A DNA stretch of 52,787 bases, from the IMG/VR virus record IMGVR_UViG_3300037478_000191, positions 1 through 52,787 of that record. One strand, given 5' to 3'. Made by a program: the position numbers and the translations under genes. The notes under the pieces are model-generated. The model did not search any database, was not told the DNA's origin, and saw only the letters and a program-made list of their open reading frames with translations. Positions 26,674-35,516 of this stretch are shown here, one piece after another. Each line of letters opens with the position of its first letter. Positions within the stretch are counted from its first letter, which is position 1. This DNA is from a virus (taxonomy: Duplodnaviria; Caudoviricetes).

Positions 26674-28107
26674 GTGAGTGGACGCTTTTCTGACCCTTTC
26701 ATCCAGTATCTGGATTCAACGCCGAATGTGCGCAGCAGCGCGCGGCTGTTCTTCTACGAGAACGGCACCAGCACCAAGCTGGACACATATCCGACGCTTG
26801 CCGACAGGATAGCGGGAACGAACGCAAACACCAATCCGATCGTTCTGAATTCTACCGGTCATCCATCTGTCGGCATCTTTCTGAAAAATCAGGGCTATAC
26901 GGTTGTCCTCGCACCATCCGGTTCGGATGACCCGCCAACATCGCCGATCTGGACCGCCGATGACGTTTACGGTACGGACCTTTCGACGGTCACGGAGACG
27001 AAAGTCGGCTCCGGGTCACCGACTGGCGTCGTTGCCGGAACGGCAGGTTCATCCGGTGTGCTTCCAACGCTGTATTGGGACTATACAAATGAGATTCTCT
27101 ACGTTGCATCAGTCACCGGCACCGCCGCAACCACCGAATGGACGGCGCTCAACGCATCAGCGGCAACACCCTCCGTCCCGCCACCGCAAGGCTATCTGAC
27201 GCTCGTAACGGGCACGCCGGTCATCACCTCGGATCAGGCGGCGAAAACCGCCGTCTTCTACACGCCTGATAAGGGCAATCTGATCCCGATCTATAACGGG
27301 TCGAACTTCACACCGACCGAGTTTTCAGAGCTTACACTCACGCTCGTTGCCTCACACGTAGCGAGCGCGATCTATGATATTTTCGTCTGGTCCGAATCCG
27401 GCGTTGTCACGATCGGAACCGGACCAGCCTGGAGCACCGCGACGGCTGGATCTGGCGCGCGCGGCACGGGGGCCAGCACGACCGAATTGACGCGGATCAA
27501 GGGTTTGCTGGTCAACGCAAATTCCATGACGGCGCGCAACAGCAGCACGACCTATACGGTCGGGGCAAATCTTGGAACCTATGTCGGCTCCATCTTCATG
27601 GATGGAACGAATGGGCAGGTGACGTGTCATCGGTCCTTCGGACAAACCCGAAAGTGGGGGCTGTGGAACGCGTATAATCGACGCCGCCTTTATTTGAAGG
27701 CGGGTGATTCTACGGCAAGTTGGGCATATAACACGGCTACGATTCGAGCATCAAATAATGATTCCGACAATTCATTGACCGTCTTCAGCGGTCTTGCCGA
27801 AGAATATTATGACTTGCGTTTCAAACAGCGCATCGAATCGGAATCGGCATCTGTGGCAAGGCTGAATAATGGCATAGGATGGAATTCAACAACCTCCATG
27901 AGTGGATTTTTAGGTGTGATCGGAAGTAATGCTGGTGGAAGTTCCGTCAGCGTAACTGGGAACGGTGTCGCGTCTTATCTTCAAACTCCAGCCCTTGGCA
28001 TCAATGTTGTAACTGCATTGGAAAATGCCGCAGATCCAAGTGGTACCGATACGGATTGGTTTGGATCGGAAAACCATATGCTGCTTACCGCAAGATGGAT
28101 GGGGTGA
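26674..28107 (+). CDS. Tailspike/tail fibre with N-terminal virion-binding domain
   Basis: L.FY..GTST...TY....NTNPI.L...G...IWT.D.V head-binding-type N-terminus; PQG.LTL.TGTPV..SD domain. Confidence 0.75.
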   Translation: MSGRFSDPFIQYLDSTPNVRSSARLFFYENGTSTKLDTYPTLADRIAGTNANTNPIVLNSTGHPSVGIFLKNQGYTVVLAPSGSDDPPTSPIWTADDVYGTDLSTVTETKVGSGSPTGVVAGTAGSSGVLPTLYWDYTNEILYVASVTGTAATTEWTALNASAATPSVPPPQGYLTLVTGTPVITSDQAAKTAVFYTPDKGNLIPIYNGSNFTPTEFSELTLTLVASHVASAIYDIFVWSESGVVTIGTGPAWSTATAGSGARGTGASTTELTRIKGLLVNANSMTARNSSTTYTVGANLGTYVGSIFMDGTNGQVTCHRSFGQTRKWGLWNAYNRRRLYLKAGDSTASWAYNTATIRASNNDSDNSLTVFSGLAEEYYDLRFKQRIESESASVARLNNGIGWNSTTSMSGFLGVIGSNAGGSSVSVTGNGVASYLQTPALGINVVTALENAADPSGTDTDWFGSENHMLLTARWMG

Positions 28108-28818
28108 TTAGCGCGCAAGTGGTCTTGCCACAAGCGCATGGACCAAGCGCTTGGCGGAATCGCTAATTTGCGTCACTTTTCCGGGTTTCCATCGTTCATG
28201 TCTCTTCTCGGCCGTATCGATGGATGATGACGCCAGCACATTATGCAGAACCGGCTCCGGCCAGACGCCAAGCGTTCTGATCTTGTGCTCCCAAACTCGC
28301 GCCATGTCAAAATCAATGGGTGCCGTGCGTTGCGTCTTCCATTCGATGAACCGCCGCGCTCCCGCAGGCGTGATCAGGTAAGCCCCCATATTCATGGGGA
28401 TACGCAAATAGCGGACGATCCTGTAATCGCCAGACAGTTCAGCCTGAGTAAGGATGATGCGCTTCTTGCGGATCGAGCTTATCCGCAGAATATCGAAAGG
28501 CAGATCGAGACTGAGGATTTCTTCCAGCAGACCGGGGAATTCCGGCTTGATCCGCTCGTCATCTTCAAAGACAAGCCCCGGCTTGCCGCTCAATTCAACC
28601 TGCCTCATGACGCTGAGGTGGCTTGCGTAGCAGCCGATCTCGCCTCGGCTTAGGTCCGAGCCGGTGAAATACGGCGCGAGCCAATGCGGCAGGTCTTTGC
28701 CACGTATTGCCGGGAATCGCTCATACGCAATGCCAAGTTCTTTGAACTGATTATCCATGAATTCAAGACGGTCTCTGTCAGCATCAAGATTAATTAAATA
28801 GACCTGAATGTTTTTCAT
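28108..28818 (-). CDS. Glycosyltransferase family 25
   Basis: YLINLD...DRL..M..QF...ERF.AI.G, GEIGCYASH..V, LVFEDD, AY.IT..GA. Confidence 0.92.
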   Translation of the reverse strand: MKNIQVYLINLDADRDRLEFMDNQFKELGIAYERFPAIRGKDLPHWLAPYFTGSDLSRGEIGCYASHLSVMRQVELSGKPGLVFEDDERIKPEFPGLLEEILSLDLPFDILRISSIRKKRIILTQAELSGDYRIVRYLRIPMNMGAYLITPAGARRFIEWKTQRTAPIDFDMARVWEHKIRTLGVWPEPVLHNVLASSSIDTAEKRHERWKPGKVTQISDSAKRLVHALVARPLAR

Positions 28819-28845
28819 CTGAAATCCCTCAATACGCCCTGAGCA

Positions 28846-28874
28846 ACACTACAAACACGCTCCCTTGAAATCAA
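28846..28874 (-). promoter_or_regulatory. Sigma70-like promoter of the GT25 gene
   Basis: TTGATT-N17-TAGTGT on the - strand, GAGGGA RBS downstream. Confidence 0.55.
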
Positions 28875-28891
28875 GCCGGATCATCTGACCC

Positions 28892-29422
28892 ATGCCAGAA
28901 CTTATTTCACACGAACGTCTGAATAGACGGCTGAGCTATGACCCGGACACGGGGTTTTTCACGTGGAAGCACTCTCCTAATGCGTGGAAGGGATGGAACG
29001 AAAAGTTCGCAGGAAAGCGAGCTGGATGCTTGTCTAGAGGATACTGGCTGATCCGGCTTGAGGGGAGGATATACAAGGCGTCACGCCTTGCTTGGTTCTA
29101 TATGACGGGTCATTGGCCGCAAGGTCAAGTTGATCATAGCAGCGGCGATTCTCTGGACGATCGTTTTTCAAATCTCCGCGATGCGTCCCCGTCGGAAAAT
29201 ACTCGCAATAGACAAATGTTGCCAACCAATTCGAGCGGATACAAAGGCATCTACTGGCTTAAGGCGAACAGGAAATGGCGAGCTAAGGTGGGGCTTAATG
29301 GCAAGAGCCATCACTTAGGGTTATTTGACGACCCGGTTGAAGCCGCACTTGCCTATGACGCTGCGGCTTCAAAACTTCATGGCAAGTACGCCAAAACAAA
29401 CAAATCGTTAGGTATACTCTGA
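28892..29422 (+). CDS. HNH endonuclease with C-terminal AP2 domain
   Basis: YDPDTG.F.W, RLAW.YMTG.WP..VDH....DDRFSNLR.A...N, NSSG.KG..W...KW.A...HLG.F. Confidence 0.9.
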   Translation: MPELISHERLNRRLSYDPDTGFFTWKHSPNAWKGWNEKFAGKRAGCLSRGYWLIRLEGRIYKASRLAWFYMTGHWPQGQVDHSSGDSLDDRFSNLRDASPSENTRNRQMLPTNSSGYKGIYWLKANRKWRAKVGLNGKSHHLGLFDDPVEAALAYDAAASKLHGKYAKTNKSLGIL

Positions 29423-31341
29423 TGCCAGCTGTTGCCAATCTTGTCCATGAACTCAGCACGACGACAGGGACAGGAAATCTGACCCTCGCCAACGTCAATG
29501 GCAAACAGTCGTTCAATGATGCTTTCAGCACTGGCGGCACGGACGCTTTCGACTATTTTATAAGCAGCCAGTCCGCCGCGGAATGGGAACGCGGGACGGG
29601 ACATCTTTCCGACGCCACGACGCTTGTTCGGGACACCGTACTCGAATCCACGAATTCTGACGCAGCCGTAAACTTCTCTGCCGGGACAAAGGATGTCACG
29701 AATGATGTCCCGGCCGGCGATCAACTCGTCAAGTCCGGTATCAGCGGCGGCCAGACCATTACTGGCGGAACCGATTCCGGCGATGATCTCTCTCTCTCCT
29801 CAACATCCAATGCCACGAAAGGAACAATCCGTCTCGGAGACGCGACAGTTGGCGTTTTTTACGATGAAGTAAACGGACGCCTGACTATTGGCGATGCTGG
29901 AAATACGCTTACCATCAATGGCGTGGCGCTTGGTGTGGATTTTGGAATTCACAACGATGATAACACAGACGTTTGTTCGGTTGTCTTCCGTTACAGCGAT
30001 ATTGCCGGATTTCCGGCTTGTATCCTTGGCGCTCGCTCGCGAGGGTCTATCGCATCGCCAGCCATCGTTCAGGACGATGACGCTCTGACGCTGCTTTCCG
30101 CCTTCGGATTCGACGGCACGGATTATGCATTGGCAGCTCAAATCGTCGCCGAAGTTGATGGCACGCCCGGCAGCAACGACATGCCGACGCGCTGGGTATT
30201 CCGTGTCACGCCAGACGGGTCGCAGACGCCTGTTGAAGCATTCCGTATCCAGCAGAACCTGGACGTACTGTTCGCGTCTGGAGCCATTCTGACGCTGCCC
30301 AACACCGGCCTCCACCTTCTCGATACCAACGCAAGCCATGACCTGATTATAGCGCCGGGATCAGATTTAACAGCAGACCGGACGCTGACGCTGACAACGG
30401 GGGACGCCGACCGGACGCTCAGTCTGCCAAGCCCAACGTTTGTAAACACGACACTTTCCGGATATCTTGAAGGCGCTGAAATCTCCACGCCGTCAAATCC
30501 GGCTGCAAATTCCTTGCGAGTATATCCCGTTGATGATGGCGGGACAACAAAGCTCGCAACGCTGGATTCCGCAGGGACAGAAACAATCCTGGGATCTGGC
30601 GGTGGCGGAGGCGGATCGCAGGACTTCCAACGCTTCAACGCCTCTGGCACATGGACCAAGCCGACAGACGCTGAATTCGGCACGAACAGCATTGTTCTCA
30701 TTCGCGCTTGGGGCGCTGGAGGCAGCGGAGCCAGCGCTTCGACCTCTTCCGGCGGCGGCGGCGGCGGTTATGTATCTCGACAGATGCTGCTAAGCGAACT
30801 TGGCTCAACGGAGACCGTCACGATTGGTGCTGGGGGTGCTTCAGTCAGTAGCGGTACGGGAACCGGCAATGATGGAGGAAATACAACATTTGGTTCGCAC
30901 GTGACTGCTTATTTGGGTGCAGGAGCGGTTGTTAATCCTACTGGAGGCGGTGGCGGTGGGCCTTTAGGCGCTGCTTCCGGGATAACGCCTGGTTCGCCAT
31001 TGATAGTAACCAATACGACTGGACCAATACGATTAGGACAGGGCGGTACTAGTGGAGTGGCGGGAGCGCCTGGTATTGATCACGGTGGTGGTGGAGGTTC
31101 CGGAGCTGTTGGAGGAGCTAGTGTCAACGGTGGAGGCGGCGGCGGTGGCAATAACGCTTCAACCGCGTTTGCTGGCGGAGTAAGTATCAATGGGGGCAAT
31201 GGCGGTGCTGGCGGTGTTGACGGAGCCAATGGTACAGCGGGAACACAACCAGGAGGAGGCGGTGGGTCGGCTGAAACTGGTGGGGCCTCAGGTGCAGGCG
31301 CTGATGGGCGCGTTGATGTGATCGTGTTCCCTGTGGCTTAG
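29422..31341 (+). CDS. Tail fibre protein with glycine-rich C-terminal domain
   Basis: V.E..TTTGTG..TL..WE.G.G..L.R..V..S.N....VNFSAGTKDV N-terminus; SGTWTKP..WGAGGSG Gly-rich tip. Confidence 0.8.
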   Translation: MPAVANLVHELSTTTGTGNLTLANVNGKQSFNDAFSTGGTDAFDYFISSQSAAEWERGTGHLSDATTLVRDTVLESTNSDAAVNFSAGTKDVTNDVPAGDQLVKSGISGGQTITGGTDSGDDLSLSSTSNATKGTIRLGDATVGVFYDEVNGRLTIGDAGNTLTINGVALGVDFGIHNDDNTDVCSVVFRYSDIAGFPACILGARSRGSIASPAIVQDDDALTLLSAFGFDGTDYALAAQIVAEVDGTPGSNDMPTRWVFRVTPDGSQTPVEAFRIQQNLDVLFASGAILTLPNTGLHLLDTNASHDLIIAPGSDLTADRTLTLTTGDADRTLSLPSPTFVNTTLSGYLEGAEISTPSNPAANSLRVYPVDDGGTTKLATLDSAGTETILGSGGGGGGSQDFQRFNASGTWTKPTDAEFGTNSIVLIRAWGAGGSGASASTSSGGGGGGYVSRQMLLSELGSTETVTIGAGGASVSSGTGTGNDGGNTTFGSHVTAYLGAGAVVNPTGGGGGGPLGAASGITPGSPLIVTNTTGPIRLGQGGTSGVAGAPGIDHGGGGGSGAVGGASVNGGGGGGGNNASTAFAGGVSINGGNGGAGGVDGANGTAGTQPGGGGGSAETGGASGAGADGRVDVIVFPVA

Positions 31342-31364
31342 TCCACTCCCGCAATCTCAAATCC

Positions 31365-31390
31365 AGCCCCTTCTCAGGGGCTTTTTCTTT
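31365..31390 (+). terminator. Rho-independent terminator
   Basis: AGCCCCT-TCTC-AGGGGCT-TTTTCTTT. Confidence 0.78.
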
Positions 31391-31413
31391 CCTGAAATCG
31401 AAGGACATAGCGA

Positions 31414-32226
31414 ATGGACATCTCTGAACGCGGCATCCGGCTGATTCAAGAGTTTGAGGGAAAGCACAAGCTGCTATCCGATGGCCGTTATAAAGCTTAT
31501 CTCGACACTCTGGCAAAGCCGCCAGTATGGACGATATATTGTGGCCTGACTCGCGGTGTGCATGAAGGTATGATTTGCACTACCGCGGAAGGCGACAAGT
31601 TTTTTGCCAAAGAGCTTGCAATATATGAAGACGCCGTTGAACGGTTGATAGATGTTGAACTTAACCAGAACATGTTTGATGCTCTGACAAGTTTCACATA
31701 TAATTGCGGTGTCGGAGCATTAGAAAACTCTACACTTAGGCGTGTTCTTAATCAAGGTAAATACGAGCAGGTTCCTGCGCAGTTGATGCGGTGGGTTCAT
31801 GCTGGCGGGAAAGAATGGGCGGGCCTGGTGCGTCGGCGCAAGGCCGAGGGCGCGCTGTTCTTGGAGCCGATGCAGGAAGAGATCGCTCTGCCGCCGCTTG
31901 AGAGCGAGGATGTTGTCGCTCCGCAGATGCCGCAGCGCGTCGAGGAAGGCCCAGCCGGTAGCACAAACGGGCTCGTCAGGGACAGCAAGACGATCCAAGG
32001 CGTTCTCGCGGCCGCGCTCGCATATATCGCGGAAAAGGGTCTCGGCGTCTATGAGTTTCTGTTCGGCATCGCCAAGGACGCGGGGCCGGAGATCATGACG
32101 CTGAAAACCACGCTATCGCCGTTTGAGCCGCTGTTCAAGATAGGCCTACCGACAGTCGTGATTGTTGGCTTGGCCGTTGCATGGGCGCGCCGTCGCAGCG
32201 CAAGAATAGAGGGGCGTGAAGGATGA
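31414..32226 (+). CDS. Endolysin (GH24 lysozyme) with C-terminal hydrophobic segments
   Basis: I.EFEG, AYLD, WTI..G.T, FDAL.SF.YN.G, STL.R.LN, GLVRRR.AE..LF. Confidence 0.92.
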   Translation: MDISERGIRLIQEFEGKHKLLSDGRYKAYLDTLAKPPVWTIYCGLTRGVHEGMICTTAEGDKFFAKELAIYEDAVERLIDVELNQNMFDALTSFTYNCGVGALENSTLRRVLNQGKYEQVPAQLMRWVHAGGKEWAGLVRRRKAEGALFLEPMQEEIALPPLESEDVVAPQMPQRVEEGPAGSTNGLVRDSKTIQGVLAAALAYIAEKGLGVYEFLFGIAKDAGPEIMTLKTTLSPFEPLFKIGLPTVVIVGLAVAWARRRSARIEGREG

Positions 32227-32516
32227 CACTTGCTCTATCGCTGCTCGGCAATCGGTCCGGGCAAATCGGGTTGGCGTTTCTCGTCGGCTATTTTTTTGCC
32301 GTCTATCAGATCCCGCGCGTCGATGTGAAGGCCATCGAAAGGAACGCCATATCGGCCAGAGACGCATATTGGCAGCGCCAGGTCGACCAGATTGAAACGA
32401 AAACCGAGAAGGCCATTGCGGACATCCTGAGCACCGTTGACGGTATGACGGATGCTTCGAAAGACGTTGCTCAATATTGCGAGCGGTATCCGACGATTTG
32501 CAGGAGCGAAAAATGA
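32223..32516 (+). CDS. i-spanin (Rz-like, putative)
   Basis: N-terminal TM, periplasmic helix, C-terminal Cys pair; follows the endolysin. Confidence 0.6.
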   Translation: MTLALSLLGNRSGQIGLAFLVGYFFAVYQIPRVDVKAIERNAISARDAYWQRQVDQIETKTEKAIADILSTVDGMTDASKDVAQYCERYPTICRSEK

Positions 32517-32746
32517 TGAAGAAACTCGTTTTTTTCAGCATATTTGCCGGACTTGCACTGAGCGGGTGCACGTCGACCCCACCGCAGGTACAAACGCGGG
32601 TGGTCGCCGTCCCATCAGCAAAGCCGTACCGCTATATCAAGCCTCACCGTGAAGACGTGCTGACCGAGAAAACCCTTTCCCAGATCGAGCGCCACAACAA
32701 CACCCACGCTCTCGTAAAGAAGAAGGAAGCCGAGGCGGCGAAATGA
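32513..32746 (+). CDS. o-spanin lipoprotein (Rz1-like, putative)
   Basis: MKK-hydrophobic-LSGC lipobox. Confidence 0.7.
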   Translation: MMKKLVFFSIFAGLALSGCTSTPPQVQTRVVAVPSAKPYRYIKPHREDVLTEKTLSQIERHNNTHALVKKKEAEAAK

Positions 32747-32952
32747 CAGATGACAAACTATGCGTTTGCGGTGGAACGGGATGGGTCTGTGAAAACCATC
32801 CTGATCAGCCTTGGGAAGACGCGCCGAACGCATGTAATTGTGGAGCGGGCATGCCATGCCTGAAATGCAATCCGTGCGACGAATTCAATCCACCCCGATT
32901 CCCGCAGGGAACTGTCGAGGTCTGGAACATCCATAAAGGAACGGTCCACTGA
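32743..32952 (+). CDS. Small Cys-rich zinc-binding protein
   Basis: C.CGGTGWVCENHP..PW...C.CGAGMPC..CN. Confidence 0.7.
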   Translation: MTDDKLCVCGGTGWVCENHPDQPWEDAPNACNCGAGMPCLKCNPCDEFNPPRFPQGTVEVWNIHKGTVH

Positions 32953-33302
32953 CCGACCGCCTCAAATCCCTCACCGCGCTCTATCTCGTCATTCTTGGCT
33001 GCGCTCTCGCTGTCGTCTCCATGAAAGAAGACGATTACCGCTCTCGGGCGTCACGCCTCGATCTGAAAGTGATGACGCTGGAGATTAAAGGCCAGTCCAC
33101 TGTTATCGACCGCATGGGCGTCCTGAGAAATCAATCCCGCGCGAAAGCCGAACAGTTCGAAGCCGCCATGCTCCTGCTGACGATCGGTCTTGTGATCGGA
33201 TCGCTCGGCGCTCTGTTCGCCGCGCCGCTTGCGTTCATTCCGCTATTTGTAAGCGGGATTGCCGGGGCCGGGGCTGGCTACTTCGTCTGGCTGGCGGTGT
33301 GA
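32949..33302 (+). CDS. Membrane protein, holin candidate (CTG start at 32949 or ATG at 33021)
   Basis: Two C-terminal TMs plus one upstream in-frame TM; AAAGGA 8 nt before the CTG. Confidence 0.5.
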   Translation: MTDRLKSLTALYLVILGCALAVVSMKEDDYRSRASRLDLKVMTLEIKGQSTVIDRMGVLRNQSRAKAEQFEAAMLLLTIGLVIGSLGALFAAPLAFIPLFVSGIAGAGAGYFVWLAV

Positions 33303-33513
33303 AAGAATTATGGTTTTAAACCATACTTCACGCGACCTATTTCGACACGCATCGGAAATGGTCTGCATTTCTGCACACTAATCATGGCCGTGGCGTCACG
33401 AAGATGATCGGGCCAAAAGTACCTTCAAAGGGTACGTTAACCGGCTTAAGGTGCCTTTTAAGGCACTTTGTTCATATTCAGCCCTCACTCCCTAGGGGAT
33501 AGGAACCCTCACC

Positions 33514-33876
33514 CTATGGGAGAGGCTCGGTCTGCTCATGCAGTTCCTTGCGGAGCGTGCCCCAAGCTTCGATGTATTCGGCGCGTGTCAATTCCGAGTA
33601 TGGGTGAAGCATCGGCGAGCCTTCAACAGTGAAGCCCATCTGGCTATCGTCGCGTGTGTGAGCCTCTACAAGCGCGCGAATTGCCTTGTGGAGCCTAGAG
33701 CGTTCTACTTGCAGGATCAGGTTCGTCTGTCCAACGATCTCAGTGATCCCGTCGTGCTCGACGACAATCGGGACTGGCGTCTGCTGCGCTATGCGCCGCC
33801 AATGTTCGATTTCTCGTTGAGCTTCGGCGAGGTGTTCGCGGAGCTTGATGATTTCTCGGTCTTCCATAAATCGCAT
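33514..33876 (-). CDS. Moron-like hypothetical protein
   Basis: 120 aa, TAAGGTG RBS, own consensus promoter, antisense to the late operon. Confidence 0.65.
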   Translation of the reverse strand: MRFMEDREIIKLREHLAEAQREIEHWRRIAQQTPVPIVVEHDGITEIVGQTNLILQVERSRLHKAIRALVEAHTRDDSQMGFTVEGSPMLHPYSELTRAEYIEAWGTLRKELHEQTEPLP

Positions 33877-33911
33877 CAGACTATCACCTTAACCGATTGA
33901 ATCATCTGTAG

Positions 33912-33940
33912 ATTATACCACAGACTTACGAGCGGAGCAA
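33912..33940 (-). promoter_or_regulatory. Strong sigma70 promoter (extended -10)
   Basis: TTGCTC-N17-TATAAT with TGn extension on the - strand. Confidence 0.7.
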
Positions 33941-34004
33941 CGCCGATCTAGTCCATCGACGCTGCTCCTAGATCACCAAGCGAAAGAGGATCGCCTAATG
34001 ACCC
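33934..34004 (-). ncRNA. Candidate small antisense RNA (two hairpins)
   Basis: The 14-bp and 5-bp stems pair fully only on the - strand (G-U); TCCTC loop; TATGAT box at 34016-34011. Confidence 0.35.
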
Positions 34005-34052
34005 AGAGCAATCATAAGTAAAAACGGGACTGAAACATGGCAGCTACTACAA

Positions 34053-34322
34053 ATGCGGAGCAGGGTGCAAATGGATTGGGTCGCCGGTATGCTCGACCGG
34101 ATGCGGGAAAGTCAGCACGCGGATCGACAAGTACTGCTCAAGGTGTTAGAACATCAGGAGAAAATCATCGACCTGCTGTCAAACATGGAGCATACTCACA
34201 AGTCGAGACTCAGCGGCTTGGCGAGCGCCGCGAGCGGACTGATCGGCAAGGGGATCGCCGTTCTGGCGCTGCTGGCGCTCCAGGTGCCTCTCAAAGACAT
34301 CGTTCTGGCCGTAATGCCATGA
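34053..34322 (+). CDS. Coiled-coil plus C-terminal TM protein (holin/XhlA-like candidate)
   Basis: Amphipathic helix then GKGIAVLALLALQVPL; start may be 34071. Confidence 0.55.
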   Translation: MRSRVQMDWVAGMLDRMRESQHADRQVLLKVLEHQEKIIDLLSNMEHTHKSRLSGLASAASGLIGKGIAVLALLALQVPLKDIVLAVMP

Positions 34323-34504
34323 TGGACTGGGAGAAGCTGTTATCGGTCCTGATTGCATGCCTGCTGATCTTTACGCTGATACGGGCCAGCATCATTGCAG
34401 CGGGGAGCCAGGAGCAAGAGCCGATGTCGGCTGAGATTTCGTTTTTTGCCGCGCCGGTGCAATATGATGCGATCCCTATATGGAACGGGGTTAATCCGCG
34501 TTAG
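34319..34504 (+). CDS. Small membrane/secreted protein
   Basis: MDWEKLLSVLIACLLIFTLI...; ATGA-coupled; last + strand gene. Confidence 0.45.
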   Translation: MMDWEKLLSVLIACLLIFTLIRASIIAAGSQEQEPMSAEISFFAAPVQYDAIPIWNGVNPR

Positions 34505-34739
34505 GGTCTTTCCCCCAAGCTTCAGTGCTGCGTCCTCGAAACCAAGATTCGATATCGGCATTCTGCTCCCTCAAAGACTGTCCGTTCGGGCATATGCAGA
34601 AATTCAGCCGGCCCACGCGAAAACCTGCCGGCGTTATGCCAGATGCGCGTGAATCGATAATTCCCCAGTTGGCGCACAAGGTGCAATGCCTATCCAGGTA
34701 GTGTTTTTGCCAATAAGCTTCTACGGCGTCGTCGCTCAT
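34491..34739 (-). CDS. Small zinc-finger protein
   Basis: CTLC.N.G...C.CPNG. Confidence 0.6.
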   Translation of the reverse strand: MSDDAVEAYWQKHYLDRHCTLCANWGIIDSRASGITPAGFRVGRLNFCICPNGQSLREQNADIESWFRGRSTEAWGKDPNAD

Positions 34740-34972
34740 CTTCCCACCTCCGACCACCGCTCAAACTCTTCTGGCGTGAGCACTCTCTGCCAGACATAAT
34801 GGTTTGTCGTCGGGGCTGACAGCCCTTGCGTCATCCACGGGTTGCGGATTACCGGACACCCCGGAACGCTGATGTCCCATTCCTCGTTAACGATGACCTG
34901 ATTTTCATCGCGGTGCACGATGTAGGTTTTCAGCAGCCCCGGCGGATTGCCTCTATTCGGTAGCAGTTCCAT
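34736..34972 (-). CDS. Hypothetical protein
   Basis: GGAGGGG RBS, coupled ORF. Confidence 0.55.
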   Translation of the reverse strand: MELLPNRGNPPGLLKTYIVHRDENQVIVNEEWDISVPGCPVIRNPWMTQGLSAPTTNHYVWQRVLTPEEFERWSEVGR

Positions 34973-34987
34973 CTATCTTCCCCTCCA

Positions 34988-35227
34988 TCAGGCTGACGCC
35001 ATCTCCCGCGCCAGATCATCCAGATTAACGCAGTCGAGTTCATCGCCAACAGCGCAAAGCAGCCCCGTAGTTTCTGGATCACTCCAGACATCGGAGCTTT
35101 TTACGAAATCCCTGGTCACCTGATTTCCATAGTCTGAAGCTCTGGCTTTGACTGCGATGTACCATCTTCCGCCGGGCTTAAGCCTGATTGCGTAAGGCGT
35201 TTTCCCATAGTATCCATCGTCGTTCAT
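34988..35227 (-). CDS. Hypothetical protein
   Basis: GGGAG RBS. Confidence 0.55.
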   Translation of the reverse strand: MNDDGYYGKTPYAIRLKPGGRWYIAVKARASDYGNQVTRDFVKSSDVWSDPETTGLLCAVGDELDCVNLDDLAREMASA

Positions 35228-35279
35228 CTTCTATCTCCCTTTCTCTCCGGAGAGAAGGACGGGTTTAATGGAATAGGCG

Positions 35280-35516
35280 TCAATCTCGCCAAGGCCGCAT
35301 AGGCTGTGCATCGCGAACGAAATTATCCATCGAATGAAGATAGTCCCGGCAGCGTCCCCGCCCGATCGATCGGCAAAGCTGCTCACAGCAGAGCAACATC
35401 ACAGCATTGATGATCATCGCTTCATGCTCGGGATCTCCGCCGGCAATCGCCACGATATCCTCGAACGCCTTGTTGATCGGTGGCTCTTCCTCCATCTGAC
35501 GTTGATGGTCTGCCAT
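35280..35516 (-). CDS. Hypothetical protein
   Basis: AGGAG RBS. Confidence 0.6.
   Translation of the reverse strand: MADHQRQMEEEPPINKAFEDIVAIAGGDPEHEAMIINAVMLLCCEQLCRSIGRGRCRDYLHSMDNFVRDAQPMRPWRD

Noticed and set aside
30590-31310. GGC/GGT-rich repeats as a VNTR or DGR target
   Set aside because: Encodes an ordinary Gly-rich fibre domain; no reverse transcriptase or TR/VR pair seen
34037-34318. N-terminal part of the 155-aa ORF 34037-34504
   Set aside because: Overlaps the better 34053-34322 gene; only the portion from 34319 looks protein-like
35241-35256. Perfect palindrome TTCTCTCCGGAGAGAA
   Set aside because: Single copy, no U-tract, no supporting context
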